Source of the DNA: Mantamonas sphyraenae STR306
Lineage: Eukaryota; Protista; CRuMs
Direction of reading: 5' to 3'
Assembly (NCBI GenBank): GCA_026936335.1
Contig: JAPMXV010000042.1
Span: 248,001-312,000, forward strand
DNA: 64,000 nucleotides
Shown here: one piece after another, positions 11,964-24,200 of the stretch
How the letters are laid out: the number at the start of each line of letters is the position of its first letter
Position numbering within the stretch: position 1 is the stretch's first letter
Notes under the pieces: model-generated
Seen by the model: the letters and a program-made list of their open reading frames with translations, nothing else
Told to the model about the DNA's origin: nothing
The model's database searches: none
Translations under genes and position numbers: made by a program

Positions 11964-14900
11964 ATGTCGCACACTGAAGCCGAACACCATGGAGTGGACG
12001 AGAGCACACGCAAGTCCACACACAGATTGGACACGTTGATCAAAATCCAGGAAGATGTGCAGGCGATGTGGAACGAGGAGAAATGCTTTGAGAGTGTAGG
12101 TTTCGTCGAAAAGACCGTGTCGCTGGAGAGCGATGGTGGATTCGAGGGAATGGCCATCCCAGGCTCGCTCACTTTGGCGGGCGGGAATTCGCACGATCAT
12201 GTGTTCATGTTGGCGTGCTCACACCACACCACCACGCCGCCCACACAACAGAATGCACCTGCAGCGGGCGAATGGACCGAGGAGACACGCGAAAAGTTCT
12301 TCACCACCTTCCCGTACCCGTACATGAACGGCCGCCTGCATTTGGGCCACGTTTTCTCTGTCACCAAGACCGAGTTTGCCGCTTCCTACCAGCGCATGCT
12401 CGGCAAGCGCGTGCTGTTTCCCTTTTCATTCCACTGCACGGGCATGCCCATCAAGGTAAGGCAGCGCGACATGGCCGCTTGAGAGGGCCTAGGCGAAAAT
12501 TCCACCTGCTCACCACTGACACGCAACGCTCACGCCGTCTGTGTCGACGACGCACACACACGCACACGCATACGTGTGCGTGTTTGTTCTCACCTGCCCT
12601 TTTCGATGCACCTGCACCGCGTGCCACACCGTGCCTGTGTATTGTAGGCGTGTGCGGACAAGTTGGCTGCAGAGATGGAACAGTACGGCAACCCGCCGGT
12701 GTTCCCTGTGGAGGAGGAGGAGGAGAAGAAGCCCGCCGCCAAGCAGCACAAGAAGCTCGAGGCCAAGAGCGGAGGCAAAAAGTACCAGTGGGACATCATG
12801 AAGATGCTCGGCGTGCCGGAGGATGAAATCCACAAGTTTGCCGACGCCTCGCACTGGCTCCAATACTTCCCGCCGTACTGTCAGGACGACCTCTCGTCCA
12901 TGGGACTCAAGGCCGACTGGCGTCGCTCGTTCATCACCACGGACGCCAACCCGTACTACGACGCGTACATCCGCTGGCAGTTCCGCCACCTCCGCGAGGC
13001 CAAGAAGATCAAGTTTGGCAAGCGTGCCACCATCTACTCGCCCAAGGACAAGCAGGCGTGTGCAGATCACGACCGCGCCAGTGGCGAGGGTGTCGAACCG
13101 CAGGAGTACACGTTGATCAAGATCCGTGTGGCCGACCCCAGCGCGACCGTGTTGGCCGACATCCACGAGGCCAACAAGGACAGCCCCATCTACTTTGTGG
13201 CTGCCACTTTGCGCCCTGAGACCATGTATGGCCAGACCAACTGCTACATCTTGCCCTCGGGCACGTACGGCGTGTATCGCATGAACGACAACGAGCTCTT
13301 TGTCTGCTCGCAACGCAGCGCCGACGGCATGAGCTGGCAGGACATGACACCTGTGCGCGGTGAGGTGGAGAAGCTTGGCGAGTTTACGGGCGAACAGCTC
13401 ATCGGCACGGCCCTCAAGGCACCCATGAGTTTGTGCGAGCACGACGTCGTGTACTGTTGGCCCTTGATGACCATCTCCATGGACAAGGGCACTGGCGTGG
13501 TTACCTCGGTTCCCTCGGATGCCCCCGCCGACTATGCAGCCATGATGGACCTCCGCAACAAGGAGCCCATGCGCAAGAAGTACGGCCTCACCGACGAGAT
13601 GGTGCTCCCCTACGAAGTCATCCCCATCATCGAGATCGACGGCTTTGGGGACCGATGCGCCGTGCGTGTGTACGACGACCTCAAGATCAAGTCGCAGAAC
13701 GACGCCAAGTTGTTGCAGCAGGCCAAGGAGCTCACCTACAACAAGGGCTTCTACGAAGGCGTCATGCTCGTGGGTGAGTGGGCAGGCACCAAGGTGCAGG
13801 ACGCCAAGCCGCTTGTGCGCCAGTTTATGATTGAGCAGGGCATGGCCACGCCGTACTTTGAGCCCGAGAGCAAGGTGATGTCGCGTAGCGGCGTCGAGTG
13901 CGTCGTCGCTCTTGACGATCAGTGGTACATGGACTACGGTGAGGACGAGTGGCGCCAACAGGTGTTGGACCACCTCGCGGCCGACGTCGACACCTTTAGC
14001 GACGAGACCAAGCACCGCTTGGAGACCAAGGTCAACTGGCTCAAGCAGTGGGGTTGCTCGCGCTCCTTTGGCCTCGGCACACGCTTGCCCTGGGACGAGC
14101 AGTTCCTCGTGGAGTCCCTCTCCGACTCGACCATCTACATGGCCTTCTACACCATCGCACACTTCCTTATGGGCGACCCGTACGGCAGGACGACCGGCAC
14201 CCTCGACATCGAGGCAGCACAGCTCAATGACGCCCTCTTTGACTATGTGTTCCTCGAGGCGCCGTGGAGCGAGGAGATCCAAGTGAGCCAGGAACAGGCG
14301 GATCTCATGCGCAACGAGTTTTCCTTCTGGTACCCCATGGACTTGCGCTCGTCGGGCAAGGATCTCATTCAGAACCATCTCGTCATGATGTTGTACAACC
14401 ACGTGGCCATCTTTGCGCAAAAGCACTGGCCGCGCGGCATCCGTGCCAACGGCCACCTCATGCTCAACGGAGACAAGATGAGCAAGAGCACAGGCAACTT
14501 TTTGACGCTCGAGGGCGCTGTGCGCAAGTTTAGCGCCGATGCCATGCGCTTCACGCTCGCCGACGCAGGCGACGGCGTGGAGGACGCCAACTTTGAGGAG
14601 AGCGTGGCGGAGCACGCGATCTTGCGCCTCTACACGCAGATGACGTTCTTTGAGGAGGTGATGGAGGGCAAGTTGGAAATGCGCGATGGCTCTTTGGACG
14701 AGTTGACCGAGTTTGAGGACAAGGTGTTCTACAACGAGGTGCAACACGCGTTGGCCGAGACGCACGCCAACTTTGAGCGCATGGTGTACCGCGACGCACT
14801 CAAGACGGGCTTCTACGACTTGCAGAGTGCACGCGACTGGTACCGCAACACGACGCGGGACAAGGGCATGCACAAAGAGCTCATGGAGTTCTTTGTGCGC

Positions 14901-15605
14901 GTGCAGGTGTTGTTGTTGACTCCGTTTACACCCCACCTGTGCGAGCACGTGTGGCGCAACGTGTTGAAGCAGGAGGGCAGCGTGACGGCGGCACCGTTCC
15001 CGGAGGCCGGCGAGGTGGACCACGTGTTGTTGCGTGCCAACCGCTCGTTGTCGACCATCGAGCACAATGTGCGCCTCAAGTACCTTGCTGCACAGAAGCC
15101 CAAGAAGGGCAAGAAGGGCAAGAAGGGCAAGAAGGGAGGCGAGGAGGAGAAGCCTTTCCAGAAACCCAACCGCTGCAACATCTTTGTGGCCAAGGAGTTC
15201 CCCGAGTGGAAGAAGGTCACGTTGGAGGTTTTGATCGCAGCGTATGACGCGGCCAAGAACAGCTTGCCCGAGCCCAAGGACCTCGTGCCGGTGCTCAAGC
15301 AGCGCGAAGAGCTCAGCGGCATGAACAAGAAGCAGTTCAACTCGCAGGTGATGCCTTTTGTGGCGTTTGTACGCGACGACCTCAACGAGCGCGGAGGTGA
15401 TGCGCTCGAAACCGAAGTGCCGTACGACGAGTTTGCCATCCTCCAGGACAGCGTGAATGTGTTTTCGCACGAGATGCCCGAGATCACGTTTACCGTGCTC
15501 GACCTTAGCGACGAGGCGTCCAAGGAGGCCGAGGGCGGTGACAAGACCGACTCGGCGGCTCCGGGCAAGCCGCACGTTGTTTTCTTCTATGAGGAGGAGG
15601 CGTGA
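11964..15605 (+). CDS. LARS1: Cytosolic leucyl-tRNA synthetase; exons 11964-12095, 12252-12455, 12648-15605
   Basis: [14 protein letters not shown] (HIGH), FHCTGMPIK|ACADKL across the intron, [30 protein letters not shown] (CP1 editing domain), [21 protein letters not shown] and KMSKSTGNF. Confidence 0.98.
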
Positions 15606-15654
15606 CGTGACAGCTACAGCAATACATGACAGTTGAAAAACCACAGTTGCGTCA

Positions 15655-17361
15655 TCATGAGCTTTGTTTTTGGTCGTTGGCGGACCACTGTGCGCTTGAA
15701 AGCACAGTGGCAAACACGCGTTTCCAAAAGCGCGGGAAGCGTGTGTCCTGAGCAGAAAACTGCATGGTGATGAGCACAGAGTTGTAAAGACACCAAATGT
15801 GGCATGTGCGCACATCCACCTCGGCGTACGCCTGGCCAAGAGCGACATCGGGCTGTGCGTGAGTTTCATCGACATCCGCCGAGAGGGAAAGCGCCCCATC
15901 GAGACGCACAGGTTGTGTGTACACCAGCATGCGCCAGCATGTGTCTCCAAGCGAGTCCAGGTGATCGCTCACAAGCGGATCATGCCACTCTGAGTCGACT
16001 TGTGCGTGATTGGGCAGGTTGGCCTGAAACGCAGCTCGGGTCGCCTCCAAATAGGCTACAGCCGGATCAGACGTGATGGTTGTGGTCGAAGACGGGGCTG
16101 ACTCTGTGATTTCCGCATCCTCATCCTCCGTCGGCTCCAAAGTTGCGCCGAGGTCGTGTTCGTCGGTGGGTACGGTGGAGTTCTGCTGGGTGATAGTGGC
16201 CTGCACAAGCTGCAGGTGTTCCTCTTTGCTGAATCCCAAATCACCAGCGAGCACTTCCGGGTGGTCCGAGTCGATGGAGACGGCGTCGGTGGCGGCAGAA
16301 GCCGCTTGGGTCTGTTGTGCAGGGGTTGCGGTCGCGACAGACGCCTCCAAGGAGACGACACAGCCTGCAAACACCATGCGTTCGGTTTGACTCCGTGCCT
16401 GGCACTGGATGGTACGCCCGTGGTCAAAGCCGATCTCTGTGTGCCAGCTGAGGGGCAGAGTCATTGAAAACTGTTCGTCGCACAGCGTGTGTCTGGGCCA
16501 CATGGGGTCCACGTCACCTTTGCTGCCGCCTTCTGTTCCAACACCAAAGAGGGAAAACACAGAGGAGACGGGTGAGGCGTCGGAGGCAGGCTGAATGTCC
16601 ACAAACTGCGGTGTGCCTTCGAGGACAAGGGAGGCACACAACGCTTCAAAGTCCAGTAGTGCCTGCGGATCGCTGTACATGCAGGCGAGCTGGTAGGCAA
16701 TGCGGTTGCGGACAAAGGTGCGCACAACCAAAGACCATAAACGGAGCGGCTGAAGCTGTCCAGCATTGTCTGCTGCGTCCTGGTCTTGGGGAGCCTCCTC
16801 TTCTTCGGACTGCTCCAGGTCCGCGTGGAGACTGTGCTGCAGTGCATTTGCCATGACGTTGTCCAATTGGGCAAGGCTGCTGGGAAGACACTCGCGCCCG
16901 GTGAGGAGGATGTCTGCAGCGCGTGGATGGGTGTACGAATCGAGCCGGGGTTGCGGAACGCTGGAGGGTAGGTCGGCATACACGGCCAGAGAACCAAGTT
17001 GCACATACGCGCGCAAGATTTCGTGCACCCGCATGGTGTTGAGATCCAACAGGGTGTACGGCTGCTGCACAATGTCAAAAGCCAGCAGGCTGAGGCCGTC
17101 GGCGGAACCTCGCCTCGGTTTGGCCGCGTTCTTTGCCCCGCCCTGCTCCTTGGATCCGCCACCGTTGGCGCCGTACGACACGGAATCGAGACGAGAAAAG
17201 GCCATTCGATGGGACCATCGTGCGTGCTGACAGGCCGGGGCTGTGGCTGCGAGCGTGGCCTCGTCGGGCAAGTGAGCAAACTCGCGCCATGCCTCGTCTA
17301 GGGAGAAGGACACCCCCATCCGATCCTCCGTGTGCACTGTGCTCGATGCAGCGGTGCCCAT
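15655..17361 (-). CDS. Uncharacterised protein of about 570 aa; C-terminal part possibly Mog1/PsbP (DcrB)-like
   Basis: Long open frame with plausible composition, filling the gap between LARS1 and TOM40. Likely start MGTAASS at 17361. FSMTLPLSW and ITMQFSAQDTRF..FWKRVFATVLSSAQW recall the first and last elements of the PsbP/DcrB fold (weak). Confidence 0.6.
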   Translation of the reverse strand: MGTAASSTVHTEDRMGVSFSLDEAWREFAHLPDEATLAATAPACQHARWSHRMAFSRLDSVSYGANGGGSKEQGGAKNAAKPRRGSADGLSLLAFDIVQQPYTLLDLNTMRVHEILRAYVQLGSLAVYADLPSSVPQPRLDSYTHPRAADILLTGRECLPSSLAQLDNVMANALQHSLHADLEQSEEEEAPQDQDAADNAGQLQPLRLWSLVVRTFVRNRIAYQLACMYSDPQALLDFEALCASLVLEGTPQFVDIQPASDASPVSSVFSLFGVGTEGGSKGDVDPMWPRHTLCDEQFSMTLPLSWHTEIGFDHGRTIQCQARSQTERMVFAGCVVSLEASVATATPAQQTQAASAATDAVSIDSDHPEVLAGDLGFSKEEHLQLVQATITQQNSTVPTDEHDLGATLEPTEDEDAEITESAPSSTTTITSDPAVAYLEATRAAFQANLPNHAQVDSEWHDPLVSDHLDSLGDTCWRMLVYTQPVRLDGALSLSADVDETHAQPDVALGQAYAEVDVRTCHIWCLYNSVLITMQFSAQDTRFPRFWKRVFATVLSSAQWSANDQKQSS

Positions 17362-17495
17362 ATTTGACGGATGTACTTGCTGTGCGAGGTTTGTTTGTGT
17401 GTGTGCGGCAGCGCTGCCGAATTCCATTTTCCTCTCCCATTCCCATTGCCTTGTTTGCCGTCCCTCACATTTCCCTTTCACCACAACATTACACA

Positions 17496-18791
17496 CTACT
17501 CGTTGATGGTCATGCCAATGCCAAAGTTGTACAGGTTGCCGGCAGGCATGCAGAAGCCGGTGAGGACGAGCTTGACGCCCGGGATCATTTCGTACTTGAG
17601 GTCTGTACGCACGATGCCATTTGTGTCGAGAGAGGTGTTGATGCTGTGCGACTCGCCACGCGTTTCAAACCCAGCCTGGAGGACACTCTGTTTCTTGTTG
17701 AGGTCGAGGACAAATGCGGTGAGGAAGCGGATGTTCTCCAACCCATTGACGAGCTGGATGGCCTGGCTCTGCACAATGCCCGATGAGGCATACTCTGCAG
17801 TGAAGATGGCACGCTGTGTGGCGTACTTGGCAAACACCTTGCTGGACACGGCCTGTTCCTCGTCGTCGTAGGTGACACCTGCACCTGCGGCCAGTTCGCG
17901 TGTCACGCTCTGCATGTACTGCACGTCCACACTGGGCCGTTCGCCCTTCTTGAACACCGTGCGTGTGTAGACGGAAAAGTCGGAGCCGAAATACTCGCTT
18001 TCGTTGGTGAGGTTCGGGGCGCCCTTGGCGGTGAACAGCGAACTGAAGCGCGTGAGCATGTTGCGTGCAAGAGGTCGAGACACCACCACGTTGGTGTACT
18101 GGCCTGGAATGGTGCTCGTCTGGATGGTGGTTGCGCCTGTGTTGAGCATCATGTTGAATGTAAAGCTGGGCTGCTCCATCAGCTGCTGGGACGGAGTGAC
18201 CAGATGCAGCGAGTGGGTCACCGAGAATCGCCCCGGCACCACTTCTGTGGTCATGCGCGCTTTCGCGCCACCGTACAACTCTGGGTTCATCATCACTGTG
18301 TGCCCACATACGAGTCAGCGGTCTCAGCGGAAATCTGGCCGAAATGCAAAAGCGCCGTCGCAACTGTGCGTCCGGCTGAAACACATGCAGGGCCAGACGC
18401 TCGCGGGAGTGCCAGAAGTGAGGGTGCACATCACATGTGAAGCCACACACGCCTGGTCATCACTCCCCCACCACGCGCGACTGGCCTTGTTGGCTGCTGC
18501 CGTGTCACTCGCTCGACTTACTGGTAGCCTCCTGGTTGTATGCCTGCGGACGGCCAGGGTTGGGCAATCCGGTGTCCAGATACTCCAGGAACTGGTCCCA
18601 CGCCGATGCCGGCTCCGCTTGCTGGGTCTGCTCCGCCTGCGACTGCTTCTGTGTGCCATGCGCTGAGCCAGGCAGCTCGGGCATCAGGCCCGGCAGCTCG
18701 CTCTCCTGCTTGTCTGCTGCTTTTGTTGACGACGTCGAGCTCTCCGATGGCGAAAACGCCACACAGCGCACTCGGGTTGCCATGTCCTGTG

Positions 18792-18828
<37 letters not shown>

Positions 18829-18870
18829 GCGGGCTGCCGAGCGGTGGTCCGAGCTGCTGCGAACAAACAT
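17496..18870 (-). CDS. TOMM40: Mitochondrial import channel Tom40; exons ~18870(or 18783)-18522 and 18295-17496
   Basis: LPNPG motif, then YGGAKARMTT...FSVTHSLHL, EYFGSDFS, YMQSVTRELAAG and a C-terminal beta-signal YNFGIGMTINE. Intron GTAAGT...CACAG (18521-18296) restores the frame. Confidence 0.85.
18791..18825. repeat. (CTG/CAG)n microsatellite, about 11 units (poly-Ser if the upstream TOM40 start is used)
   Basis: Direct reading of the sequence. Confidence 0.9.
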
Positions 18871-19059
18871 TTCGACGGGGGTGGCTCCCACCGCGCATGA
18901 CGATGGCGATCACAAAGGAGGAACAGCGAACGTGTGGCTGTGAGGTATGTTTTGGACGCACATCACCCAACAACACAGCACACTCGTCCTGTCCAACGCA
19001 GCCGTTGCGGCGAGCCGGAGCGCGGACGCTGTGCGCCACCTGCCCCAGATCAAACCACA

Positions 19060-20261
19060 ATGCAGACTTTCACAGTGCGCACCTTTCTGTTGCTAGTGTG
19101 TGTGAGCGCCGTGGCTGTGCAAGGCATCCAGTTTGATGTCAAAGCCAACGAGCAGCGCTGCGTGTCGGAAGACCTGCCCAAGGACACCCTCATGGTGGGC
19201 AAGTACTCTGCCCTTGCTGGCTTCAACCAGCAAATTGAAATCAAGGTTTCGTCGCCCGAGGACCACACCCTGTACAACAAGGTCAATGTGGATCAGGGCA
19301 AGTTTGCCTTTACCTCCGCCACTGCTGGCTCGTACAGCATCTGCTTCATTAACCGAGTGCCCGCAGGTAGGTTGGCCCACGCTCCATGTGTGGCCCCTTC
19401 TTCCACACTTGTTTCTCTCCCTCCCTCGACTGCCCTCCCGCTTCCGCGCGGCCCCGGCCGAATTGGAGCGCGCCCTTGCCACGATTCGCTGACGCAATCC
19501 TCCACCGGTCCCCGCACGTTGCTCAGGCATGGTCATGAGCAACGACATGAAGCGCCGTGTGCAGCTCGACGTCAAGACTGGTGTCGATGCCAAGGACTAC
19601 TCCGAGGTGGCCAAGAAGCAGCACCTCAGCGCCCTCGACGTCAAGCTGCTGAAAATGCACGACATTGTGAGCTCCATCCAGAACGAGTTTCTGTACATGC
19701 GCGGCCGAGAGGCAACCATGCGCAACACAAACGGTGCGTTCGCTCTGCTTTTGTTATCCTGCCTTCCCATAGCCCTGCACATTGTCCCGCAGCTTCACTT
19801 CCACCTCGTTTCCCCGTCCTACCGATCCGCAAGAGGGTCCTTGCATCCGTTGGCCACCTCTCCACAACCCTGCCGCCGGCGAGCAAACGCCCACGTGCAC
19901 CTCCTTCTCCCCATGTCCTCCCTGCGCCGTCTCTGTGCACTGTCCCCCAGGATGCGTCGTCCTCGTCCTCTGCCTGTGACCCTTTCCCTGCCTGCGCAGT
20001 GGCTCGCGTCTCGCCTCGCTCGTTTCGCTCACACGTTTCACACTCTTTGCATTCTGCGTCGATCCTCCGTGCCTGGCCTCCGATGCACCATGTTCCTATC
20101 TCGCCCTGGGACCACCTCACTCGACTGTTGTCCAATGTGCAGAGTCCTCCAACGCCCGTGTGCTCTGGTTCTCCCTCTTTTCCATTGGCGTCCTCCTCAC
20201 CTCGGCCTACTGGCAGATTGTCAGCCTCAAGGCCTATTTCAAGAAGCAGAAGTATCTGTAA
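19060..20261 (+). CDS. TMED10: p24-delta family cargo receptor (TMED10/Erv25); exons 19060-19366, 19527-19733, 20143-20261
   Basis: Signal peptide, GOLD domain (RCVSEDL...KFAFTS...YSICF), GVDAKDYSEVAKK, YMRGREATMRNTN|ESSNARVLWFS, a TM helix and tail KAYFKKQKYL*. Introns are GTAGGT...TCAG and GTGCGT...TGCAG. Confidence 0.92.
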
Positions 20262-21270
20262 ACAAACACGCAATTGTCAACGAGCTCTCTCCTCCACTTC
20301 CCTCCCTCCTTCCAGCTCCGCTCTCCATAGCCCACCTTCCACAGCTGCGCTCCTGGCCCCATAGAAAAAACACAACCGCTTGGGCGCGACAGGTTAGTTG
20401 AACTCTTCACGTTACGTTGGCAATCCCGGTGTCGTGGACCTTTGAGGCGTCCGTTTACGTCGAGCCCGCTGTCAAAGCGCCGGCCTCGCCGTTTCCACTG
20501 GATGTTTCTCGTGCAGCCATCTGCCTCCACGGCGCCCACTGCCTCCCACAGAGCACACTTTGCCACGCAAACCACCCTATCCCCTTCTCCACAATCGTGG
20601 CCACCTGTGAACACACGTCTGCATGTGTCTGCTTGGCTGTGTACCCTCTGCCACGCCCTTTTGTCTCCGTGTAGCCTGCACGACCCCAATGCTCCCGGTC
20701 TCCGGTCCGCCCCTACTCCGTGCACACCTCCTCAGATCACACGGAGACACATGCCTCCGCCTTGCTTGTATGCATGACGCCCGATTGCACAGCTTGTTGG
20801 ACTCGCGATGGCTTTCAAACACCCATTTTGCCGCACGTCCTTTCGCCAGACATAGCCTTTCCCAAAACCCCACCTCTCCCAATGGCTACTTGAGTAGCCT
20901 CCCACGCTCGGCGTTGCACCCCTGCCCATCCAACCTGACTTGAAACCGTCCACTACACCGCTTCCTGCATGCTCAAACCATTGCATTGCACAACCGTTTC
21001 CCTTGCGCCTCACCTGCTTTCCGCATTTCCGCTTGCCAGCAAACCACTGACCCCGCTTTCCTCTCCCAGTACTCCTTTCCTACACGATCGAAGCACAGTC
21101 GCACACACGCATCCTTTGATCCCATCCGTTAGCTACCTGCGCATCAACCGTTTGAACCGTAACCACCAGTTCGAGCTCGTTTTTGCGCCCATCCCCGCCA
21201 GAGGAAGAAGAAAAAACCCCGCTGGCCGCTTCGGAAAACACACGCGTCTTTACCAAGCCCCCACACAACG

Positions 21271-24200
21271 ATGACCGTACGCAACGTACTCTCATCCTCC
21301 AACACACACGCTTCGCTGCGACACACGCTGCTTCCGCGCGCCCTCCTTGTGCTCCTTGTGCTCACATGGGCCGCTTCCAGCGCCGTCGCAGCCTCCAATT
21401 CGACAAATTTCGCGCCTGCGCTCACGGGACTCCCCGCCAGCATTGCTGTCTCCGAGGACGTCACCTACCCGTTTGGCGCCCTTCACACCGTCACTGCCGT
21501 TGACGTAGAAGCAAACAGCGCCGTGGATGCTCTCGAGTTTCGCATCCGCTCCAACGCTGGCAACCTGCAGATCACAACTTCGGGCTTGTCCTTCTACGCA
21601 GGCAGTTCCTCGCCCAGCCAGGACTTGCACTTTAACGCCACCCTCAACGTCTTCAACGCACGCATCGGGTCGCTCTCCTTTGTGCCTCCTGCAGGCGTCA
21701 ACTCCGGTGCCGCTGTCCTCAACTTCACCGTCACCGACCATGCACGCGGCTTTGCCAGCGTCAACGGCTCCGCCGTCCCTGCGTCCAACTCGTCCTCGTA
21801 CGCCGTGCTCCTCTCTTACACACCCATCAACGACCCCATCGTGTTCCAGAGCACCCCCCCTGCCAGCTTTTCCGTGGCCGAGGACTCTTCGCACACCCTC
21901 GCCGCAGCACTCGTCATCTCCGACCCAGATGCAGGCGCTAGCCTCATTGGTGTCCACATGAGTGTCTCCAACGGCAAGGTTGCTGTCAGCAGCACCACGG
22001 GACTCATCTTTGCAAGCGGCTACGGCGACAACTCGACCAGCGTGCGCTTCAACGCCACCGTCACCAACGCCAACGCCGCCCTCGCCGCCGTCCGCTACTT
22101 TCCCAACACAAACTACGACGGCGCAGATACCCTGGCCATCCAGGCTTTCGACTATGGCGCCACCGGTGCAGGCAGCCCCACAAGCGCTTCCTTCAACATC
22201 GCCATCACCGTCGCAATCGTCAACGATCCTGTCTTTATCTTCCAGCTGCCCGACCAGCCCGTGCCGGTCAACTCGCTGGACCCTATGCCCCTGGGCACCC
22301 TCCAGATCACAGACATTGACGCCTACGCCTATCCCATGGATCTGTACCTCAGCGTCGCCAACGGCAAGCTGACCTTTGGCACCACCTCTGGCCTCGCCAT
22401 CAACGGCTCCACGTCCAACACCGCCAACATTGCCGTCCAGGGCACACGCACAAACCTCAACGCTGCCCTTGCCTCCCTCAGTTACACTGCAAACACAGGC
22501 TACCTTGGCCCGGACAACCTCGTCGTCACTGTGTACGACAAGGGCAGTGGAGGAGGCCAGCACCAAAGCATCAGCCACCAGGTCACTGTGGCCCTCAACG
22601 TGCGTGAGCAGCCCGTGAGCATCTGGTGGACCGGCGCCGCAGACACCAGCTGGCAGAACGCCAACAACTGGATGCCTGTCCGCCTGCCCACAAGCACTGA
22701 CTTTGTCGGCTTCAACTTCACCACTCCGCTCACCATCAGCTCCTCGTCGGCCGTCACCATCCGCAAGTTTGAGACGTCCAACCAATCTCTGGTGATCCAT
22801 CTGACCAGCGGCGCCTTTACCCTCACCAGGCCCATGACCGTGTTCAACAACACCCAGTTCCTGATCAATGGCGGCAGCACGCTCACCACAAGTGGCGACG
22901 GACAGCTCACCGTCTACGGCACCATCAACCTCAACGGTGGCACAGCCTCGGGCAACTTTCTCATGCAGCCCGGCTCCTTGCTCGTGAACACCGCCGGCTC
23001 CTCGGCCTACTACTCGTCTGGCTCTTCGGACCTGTACCGCTTCACCATTGTGTCTGGCATCATGCAGTTCCTCTCGGGAACAACCATGAGCGTCTACGAC
23101 ACCTTCCTGTGGACCGACGGCACCCTGCAGCGCTACGGCGGCAGCACGACGCCCAACATTCTCATCAAACCCGGCGCCACCCTGAGCATGCCCTCGGGTG
23201 CCACCGCACGTGTGCTCACCTACGGTCACATCAGCGTCGAGCAGGGTGCACACCTTGATTGGCAGCTCGCAGCCAACACTGGCCTCACCTGCAACTACGG
23301 TAACACCATTGACGTCCACGGTACCATGAACATCACGGTTGCCGACGCCTCGGGCGCCTCCGTCACCGCCATTGCACACACCACAAGCTCCGTGTGTAGC
23401 CTGCGTCCCATGGCCACCGGTGAACTCAACGTCCTGGCCAACTACGACGCACGCGTCGTGATGGACGTGTCCCTTTCCACAACCGCTGGGTGCAAGATTG
23501 GCACGCAAAACGCCTATCTCAGGAACGACCAGACCTGGAGCTGGTATTGCGACCCGTCCGACGTCGGTGCAGCCAATCTCGACCTCATCGGCACCGTCAA
23601 CTGGTACCGCAACAACCTGAACCACGTCATCCTGCCTGCGAGCTCTCAGATTCAGATGCTCACCAACGTGGCCGGCCACATCAACAAGCTGGACATCACC
23701 GGTGGCACAGCTCGCCTCGGCTCCGGCGCCGCGAAAACTGCCAGCAACGTGACTTTTTCCTCGGGTACCCTCACCATGGGTGGCGCTAGCGCGACCTTTG
23801 CCGTCCAGGGCTACATGGATTGGTCGGGTGGTGCCCTCAATGAGGACGCTTCAAGTGGAATCTTCCAGATCACAGGCACCTGCGAGCTCACGGGCAACGC
23901 CAATATCGCACTCACCAGCGCGCGCATGGATATCTATGGCCTCATGCTGTGGAACCGCACTGCAGGATCCTCCATGCAGCTCAATAGCAACAACATTTAC
24001 CTGCAGAGCGCTGGCGTCTGGCGCTTCCTGACTGCTGGCGACATCACACGTGTCGGCGGCACCCCGACCCTGTATCAGTACGGAAAGATGTACTTTGAGC
24101 TCCCGTCCGACACCGACCAGTTCAAGCTCGGGTTTTACTTTCCGAGCATTGGCACTGGCAGTCACGGCGACACCTACCAGTACAGCGGTCAGATTGTCTA

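Noticed and set aside
12096-12251. Stop-free 156-nt LARS1 intron 1 as a coding insertion or structured RNA
   Set aside because: It has canonical splice signals and removal restores a normal LeuRS N-terminus. The hairpin potential is unremarkable at this GC content.
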